Below, one piece after another: positions 28,129-32,034 of a DNA stretch of 32,034 bases (the first letter of the stretch is position 1; each line of letters begins with the position of its first letter). The notes beneath the pieces were generated by a model. The model had not been told where the DNA came from. It searched no databases and saw only the letters and a list, made by a program, of their open reading frames with translations. Source of the stretch: Paracoccaceae bacterium. GTDB lineage: Bacteria; Pseudomonadota; Alphaproteobacteria; Rhodobacterales; Rhodobacteraceae. Position numbers and translations under genes: made by a program. The stretch is taken from assembly GCA_015487255.1 (NCBI GenBank), contig WFQA01000123.1:1-32034 (forward strand), given 5' to 3'.

Positions 28129-28150
28129 AGCAAGCGCTTTATTTATTATA

Positions 28151-28182
28151 AGCCCTGCCATTTGGCGGGGCTTTTATTTTTT
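28151..28182. terminator. Bidirectional intrinsic terminator (agccctgcc-attt-ggcggggct flanked by A- and T-runs)
   Basis: Imperfect 9-bp GC-rich stem followed by ttttatttttt. Sits between the convergent small ORF and hisE, overlapping the hisE stop. Confidence 0.7.
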
Positions 28183-28491
28183 GCGTGATTGTTTTTCCAC
28201 AATCCCGGAAACCCCCTCGCGCCGCTTCAACTCCGCCAATACGTCTTTCCACCTGACATCGCGTGAGGAAAGCATGACCAGCAGGTGAAACAGCACATCG
28301 GCGGCTTCCTCGGTGAGGTTTTTCTTATCCCCCTTGGCGGCGGCGATAATCGCCTCCACCGCCTCCTCGCCAAATTTCTCGGCGCATTTTTCCGGGCCAC
28401 GGGCAAACAGCTTGGCGGCATAGGATTTCGCCTCGTCACCGCCCTTGCGGCTTTCGATGGTTTTGGCGAGGCGGGTCAGAACATTGGCCAT
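28174..28491 (-). CDS. hisE: Phosphoribosyl-ATP pyrophosphatase
   Basis: 105 aa; 'SYAAKLF..G..K...KFGEEA.E.IIAA', 'EAADVLFHLLVML'. Confidence 0.9.
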   Translation of the reverse strand: MANVLTRLAKTIESRKGGDEAKSYAAKLFARGPEKCAEKFGEEAVEAIIAAAKGDKKNLTEEAADVLFHLLVMLSSRDVRWKDVLAELKRREGVSGIVEKQSRKK

Positions 28492-29250
28492 TTATAGTCG
28501 CACCGGCACCCCGGCCTCCTGCATATATGCTTTTGCTTCCCCTATCGTATACTCCCCAAAATGGAAAATGGAAGCGGCAAGCACCGCCGAGGCATGGCCA
28601 ATGGTCACGCCCTCGACAAGGTGTTGCAAATTGCCCACACCCCCCGAGGCAATAACCGGAATTTTAACCGCATCGGCAATCGCGCGGGTCAGCGGCAGGT
28701 TAAAGCCGGCCTTGGTGCCGTCCCGGTCCATCGAGGTCAGCAGAATTTCCCCCGCGCCTTTGCGCTCCATCTCAAGGGCAAATTCAACAGCATCTATGCC
28801 GGTTTCACGGCTGCCGCCATGGGTGAAAATCTGCCACTTGCCATCGGCCACCGTCTTGGCATCGATCGCCACCACAATGCACTGGTTGCCAAATTTATTG
28901 GCGCTGGCGGCTATCACATCAGGGTCTGCCACCGCTGCGGAGTTAAACGACACCTTGTCCGCCCCCGCCAGCAGCAGCTTGCGCACATCCTCCGGCCCGC
29001 GCACGCCACCACCAATGGTCAGCGGCATAAAGCACTGCTCGGCTGTGCGCCGCGCCACATCATACATGGTGCCGCGATTTTCCAGCGTGGCGGCGATGTC
29101 GAGGAAGCAAAGCTCGTCCGCCCCCGCCGCATCATAGGCCTTGGCGCTTTCCACCGGGTCACCCGCGTCGATCAGGTCCACAAAGTTGACCCCCTTCACA
29201 ACGCGGCCATCCTTGACATCAAGGCAGGGGATTATGCGGGTTTTAAGCAT
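28492..29250 (-). CDS. hisF: Imidazole glycerol phosphate synthase, cyclase subunit
   Basis: '[20 protein letters not shown]', 'ADELCFLDI', 'TIGGGVR', '[15 protein letters not shown]', 'VIASGGVG'. Confidence 0.92.
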   Translation of the reverse strand: MLKTRIIPCLDVKDGRVVKGVNFVDLIDAGDPVESAKAYDAAGADELCFLDIAATLENRGTMYDVARRTAEQCFMPLTIGGGVRGPEDVRKLLLAGADKVSFNSAAVADPDVIAASANKFGNQCIVVAIDAKTVADGKWQIFTHGGSRETGIDAVEFALEMERKGAGEILLTSMDRDGTKAGFNLPLTRAIADAVKIPVIASGGVGNLQHLVEGVTIGHASAVLAASIFHFGEYTIGEAKAYMQEAGVPVRL

Positions 29251-29304
29251 CGGTAGAGCTTTCAATTTGAGGTCTCTTGCAGCATAATTGGTTACCGTTG
29301 GAGA

Positions 29305-29424
29305 GGCTAAGGCGTTTTGCGTTTGATTTGGATCGGTATTACCATTGAACGCAATTGTTTCACAATCACTGCCTCAATGGTAAAACCGATCGGTGGTTCA
29401 GATAAAACGCAAAACGCTTTAGCC
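29305..29424. repeat. 120-nt low-GC extended imperfect hairpin (long inverted repeat) between DUF2867 and hisF
   Basis: Arms ggctaaggcgttttgcgttt / aaacgcaaaacgctttagcc (20 bp, one G-T pair) and gatcggtattaccattga / tcaatggtaaaaccgatc (18 bp, one mismatch), with apical attgt-ttc-acaat. Confidence 0.75.
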
Positions 29425-29430
29425 AGACTT

Positions 29431-29877
29431 TCAGCGCTCATCACTCATCGCCTTTACTGCGCTACGCATTATTGCTTTATGAAACGGCATGATTGCGGCT
29501 AGGTATATTCGCCCCAGCCTATTGTGCCGCCGCACCCATGTTGCCCCATAAGCCTGTTGATCTTTCACCAGAATAGAGATGCGAAAATCAAGGTGGGTGT
29601 CGTCAAAACCAAGGATGAGTTCATGCTCATTGCGTTCTGTGATCGGAAATGGGCCTATATTGTCTTGCTCTGCATGAGCCGTTTTAAGGCCCAAAGGGGC
29701 AACGATCAGGTTGCGAAGCCGAAGCAAGCCACGCGCCCATCCGGGGAAGGCCATGGCACGTTGAGCAGCTTCTTCCACCCCTAGGGTTGTTGTTGTGCGA
29801 TAGCAGTCCAAAAAGTCATCGGGCTGTAGGCGGTTATGCAGCAGGCTTTGTTCAGGCAGTGTTGATGCGCTAACCAT
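29431..29877 (-). CDS. DUF2867-like protein (148 aa)
   Basis: 'FPGWARGLLRLRNLIVAPLGLK...ILGFDDTHLDFRISILV...RRHNRLGRIYLAAIMPFHKAIM' fits the DUF2867 pattern as recalled. The ATG lies 1 nt after the hisA stop. Visibly lower GC than its neighbours. Confidence 0.6.
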   Translation of the reverse strand: MVSASTLPEQSLLHNRLQPDDFLDCYRTTTTLGVEEAAQRAMAFPGWARGLLRLRNLIVAPLGLKTAHAEQDNIGPFPITERNEHELILGFDDTHLDFRISILVKDQQAYGATWVRRHNRLGRIYLAAIMPFHKAIMRSAVKAMSDER

Positions 29878-29878
29878 T

Positions 29879-30604
29879 CTATCGCGCCTTCAGCAGCTTC
29901 GCAGCCTCGGCCGCATCAATCGCCCCATCATATAGCGCGCGGCCTGAAATCGCCCCATTCAGCGGCGCACCGCAAGCCTTGAGCGCCCGCAAATCATCCA
30001 TCGAGCTGACCCCGCCCGAGGCGATAACCGGAATACTCACCGCATTGGCAAGGGCGGCGGTGGCGGCCACGTTTGGCCCCTGCATCGCCCCGTCGCGGTC
30101 AATATCGGTATAGATAATCGCCGCCACACCGGCATCCTCGAACTGGCGCGCAAGCTCCAGTGCGGTCACATCCGAAGTCTCTGCCCAGCCCTCCACTGCC
30201 ACCATGCCGGCGCGCGCATCTATTCCCACCGCCACATGGCCCGGAAATAACCGCGCCGCCGCTTTCACCAGATCAGGGTTTCGCAAGGCAACGGTGCCCA
30301 GAATAACCCGCTCCAGCCCCTTCTCCAGCCAGCGCTCGATGGTGGCGATATCGCGAATGCCGCCGCCAAGCTGGGCGGGGATGCTACAGGCCTTCAAAAT
30401 CGCCTCGACCGGCGCGGCATTCACCGGCTCACCGGCAAAAGCACCGTTGAGATCAACCAGATGCAGCCATTCGCACCCCGCCTTCTGGAACTCCAGCGCC
30501 TGCGCGGCGGGGTTGTCGTTAAACACCGTGGCGCGGTCCATCTCGCCTTTTATCAGCCGCACGCACTGGCCGTCTTTCAGATCTATCGCCGGATAAAGGA
30601 TCAT
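29879..30604 (-). CDS. hisA: ProFAR isomerase (1-(5-phosphoribosyl)-5-[(5-phosphoribosylamino)methylideneamino]imidazole-4-carboxamide isomerase)
   Basis: '[17 protein letters not shown]', 'LHLVDLNGA', 'QLGGGIR', '[14 protein letters not shown]', 'VIASGGVSS'. Confidence 0.92.
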   Translation of the reverse strand: MILYPAIDLKDGQCVRLIKGEMDRATVFNDNPAAQALEFQKAGCEWLHLVDLNGAFAGEPVNAAPVEAILKACSIPAQLGGGIRDIATIERWLEKGLERVILGTVALRNPDLVKAAARLFPGHVAVGIDARAGMVAVEGWAETSDVTALELARQFEDAGVAAIIYTDIDRDGAMQGPNVAATAALANAVSIPVIASGGVSSMDDLRALKACGAPLNGAISGRALYDGAIDAAEAAKLLKAR

Positions 30605-30674
30605 TTACGCCTCCAAAGCTTTGCCCGCTTTTTAGCGCATATCCGCCAAGCTGCAAGCTGCCATTACGTCACCA

Positions 30675-30702
30675 TTGACCCAAATCGGCTTTTCGCTATC
30701 AT
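30675..30702 (+). promoter_or_regulatory. Possible sigma70 promoter for the DUF2147 gene (TTGACC-N16-TATCAT)
   Basis: Read directly in the hisA/DUF2147 divergent intergenic region. Confidence 0.4.
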
Positions 30703-30727
30703 TTGCTTACCCAACAGGAGAGTAAAA

Positions 30728-31114
30728 ATGAAAAAAATCATAGCAATAGCCGCGCTTCTGGCGCTGCCGATGATGGCGCAAGCACAGGACCCTTCCGGCC
30801 TGTGGCAAACCGCACCAAATGACCAAGGCAGATACCTGCAGGTTCAGGTTGGGCCATGTGCCTCCGAGCCGGCGCAGATTTGCGGCACGATTGTGCAGGG
30901 CTTTGGCGGCGCATCGCAAGAGAATAACGGAAAACAAATCATCTGGGGCATGCAGGCCAGAGGTGGGGGAAAGTGGAACCGGGGCAATGTCTGGGCACCG
31001 GATGATGATAAAACCTACCGCGCCAATCTGACGCTGGATGGCAATACACTGGTGGTGCAGGGCTGCGTGGCGGGTATCTTCTGCCGCTCCTCCATCTGGA
31101 CACGGGTGCAGTAA
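30728..31114 (+). CDS. Secreted DUF2147-family protein (128 aa)
   Basis: Signal peptide 'MKKIIAIAALLALPMMAQA'; 'GLWQT...GKQIIWGM...KWNRGNVWAPDDDKTYRANLTLDGNTLVVQGCV...IWTRV' matches the DUF2147 pattern. RBS AGGAG. The track ORF start at 30461 is an upstream artefact. Confidence 0.75.
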   Translation: MKKIIAIAALLALPMMAQAQDPSGLWQTAPNDQGRYLQVQVGPCASEPAQICGTIVQGFGGASQENNGKQIIWGMQARGGGKWNRGNVWAPDDDKTYRANLTLDGNTLVVQGCVAGIFCRSSIWTRVQ

Positions 31115-31170
31115 ACGCCGGGTTAAATGCAGTAAACGCCGGGTTAAATGCAGTAAACGCCGGGTTAAAC
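31108..31170. repeat. Tandem repeat, 3 x 21 bp (gcagtaaacgccgggttaaat)
   Basis: Units at 31108-31128, 31129-31149 and 31150-31170 (the last ends ...aaac). The first unit contains the last sense codon and the TAA stop of the DUF2147 gene. Confidence 0.95.
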
Positions 31171-31202
31171 CCCACCCTGCGGTGCGTAAAATGCAGGGTG
31201 GG
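31171..31202. terminator. Hairpin terminator (cccaccctgc - 12-nt loop - gcagggtggg) between convergent DUF2147 and hisH
   Basis: Perfect 10-bp GC-rich stem followed by ttataatt. Preceded by A-rich sequence on the other strand. Confidence 0.6.
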
Positions 31203-31249
31203 TTATAATTCACCAAGTGTTGGCAACTGCGGTGCCGGGTGGTGCGCCC

Positions 31250-31888
31250 TTATGGTCTCCAGCGCAAAAAATTTCCGATCAGGCGCAGGCCGGTTGCCTG
31301 GCTTTTTTCCGGGTGGAATTGCGTGCCGATCATGTTGTCCCGCCCGACCACTGCGGTGATCTGCCCGCCATAGTCGGCATGGGCAAAGCGGTGTTTGGGG
31401 GCCTTTGGGCGCAGGTGGTATGAGTGCACAAAATAGGCGTGGTCACCATTTGAAATCCCCTCCAGCACCGGGTGGGGGGTGTCGATCAGCAACTCGTTCC
31501 AGCCCATATGCGGGATTTTGAGCGCCGGGTCATCGGGGATGAATTCAACCACCTCACCGGGGATCCAGCCAAAGCCCTTGGTCTCGTGCCCGTGTTCGCG
31601 CCCGAGGCTGGCCATCAGTTGCATACCCACGCAGATACCCAAAAAAGGCGCGCCCTCGGTAATGACCCGCTGCTCGATGGCCTCAAACAGCCCGCTATAG
31701 CCGCCTAGCCCGTCGCGGCAATCCTTGAAAGCCCCGACACCGGGCAGCACGATACGGTCAGCTCCGGCCACAAGCTCGGGGTCGGAGGAAACCACAATTC
31801 TATCGCCGGTATTCTGCGCCATGCGCTCAAAGCTTTTCGCAGCCGAGCGCAGGTTGCCACTATCGTAATCGACGATGACGGTGGTCAT
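31250..31888 (-). CDS. hisH: Imidazole glycerol phosphate synthase, glutamine amidotransferase subunit
   Basis: '[12 protein letters not shown]', 'LPGVGAF', '[11 protein letters not shown]', 'VHSY', 'TQFHPEKS' triad motifs. Confidence 0.92.
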   Translation of the reverse strand: MTTVIVDYDSGNLRSAAKSFERMAQNTGDRIVVSSDPELVAGADRIVLPGVGAFKDCRDGLGGYSGLFEAIEQRVITEGAPFLGICVGMQLMASLGREHGHETKGFGWIPGEVVEFIPDDPALKIPHMGWNELLIDTPHPVLEGISNGDHAYFVHSYHLRPKAPKHRFAHADYGGQITAVVGRDNMIGTQFHPEKSQATGLRLIGNFLRWRP

Positions 31889-32034
31889 TCGCTGAGCGTC
31901 CCTTTGGTGGAGGGAATGGCATCTGCCTTGCGCGGGTCGGTATCGAGTGCCTGGCGCAAGGCCCGGGCCACGGCTTTGAAGGCGGCCTCGGCAATGTGGT
32001 GGCTGTTGATGCCGTCAAGCTTGGCGACATTGAG
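31885..32034 (-). CDS. hisB: Imidazoleglycerol-phosphate dehydratase, C-terminal 49 codons (5' part outside the window)
   Basis: Manual translation of the minus strand gives '[49 protein letters not shown]'. The TGA overlaps the hisH ATG (ATGA). Not in the ORF track because no start codon lies in the window. Confidence 0.85.
   Translation of the reverse strand, partial: LNVAKLDGINSHHIAEAAFKAVARALRQALDTDPRKADAIPSTKGTLSE

Noticed and set aside
31108-31170. Repeat-encoded peptides (LTRRLLH x3 and FNPAFTA x3 in minus-strand track ORFs), and a reading of the 21-bp units as CtrA boxes (TTAAC-N6-TTTAC).
   Set aside because: The ORFs have no start or RBS context and run antisense through a terminator. 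The CtrA-like match has a mismatched half-site and sits between convergent genes with no promoter.

Overview
This is a GC-rich alphaproteobacterial chromosomal segment, probably Rhodobacterales-like (CcrM methylase, PuuD-type urate hydroxylase, TRAP permeases, split hisBH-AFE operon). It is mostly housekeeping and catabolic core genes. Left to right: the 3' end of a hybrid sensor kinase (REC+HPt) and a LuxO-like sigma54 activator; a translationally coupled nucleoside-salvage operon (cdd-deoA-deoB-add-upp); a urate/purine module (uraD, puuD, 8-oxoguanine-deaminase-like) next to a divergent pecM/pecS pair with a clear palindromic operator; rluB, tadA, ccrM, rnhB; a PhzS-like flavin monooxygenase with TRAP DctQ/DctM but no binding protein; a low-GC two-gene islet (small TM protein plus a TM-anchored DUF2726-like protein); SRP RNA (ffs); rsgA; an iodotyrosine-deiodinase-like nitroreductase; dnaX-ybaB-recR; a secreted tandem PilJ/NarX-like sensor-domain protein; an EamA transporter; an orphan small protein; and hisE-hisF-DUF2867-hisA / DUF2147 / hisH-hisB'. 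Structure not explained by genes: (i) a mosaic family of 110-150 bp intergenic repeats, four copies in two subtypes and both orientations; (ii) a 120-nt low-GC extended hairpin inside the his operon; (iii) a 3 x 21 bp tandem repeat that starts inside a stop codon region; (iv) a C11 homopolymer at the domain III/IV boundary of dnaX; (v) three GANTC sites packed into the ccrM promoter. I saw no CRISPR array, transposase, integrase, tRNA or rRNA. The many long antisense ORFs in the track are high-GC artefacts. No complete, obviously novel multi-gene system is demonstrable from sequence alone. The best candidates for follow-up are the DUF2726 islet, the mosaic repeats, the his-operon hairpin and the orphan LuxO circuit.
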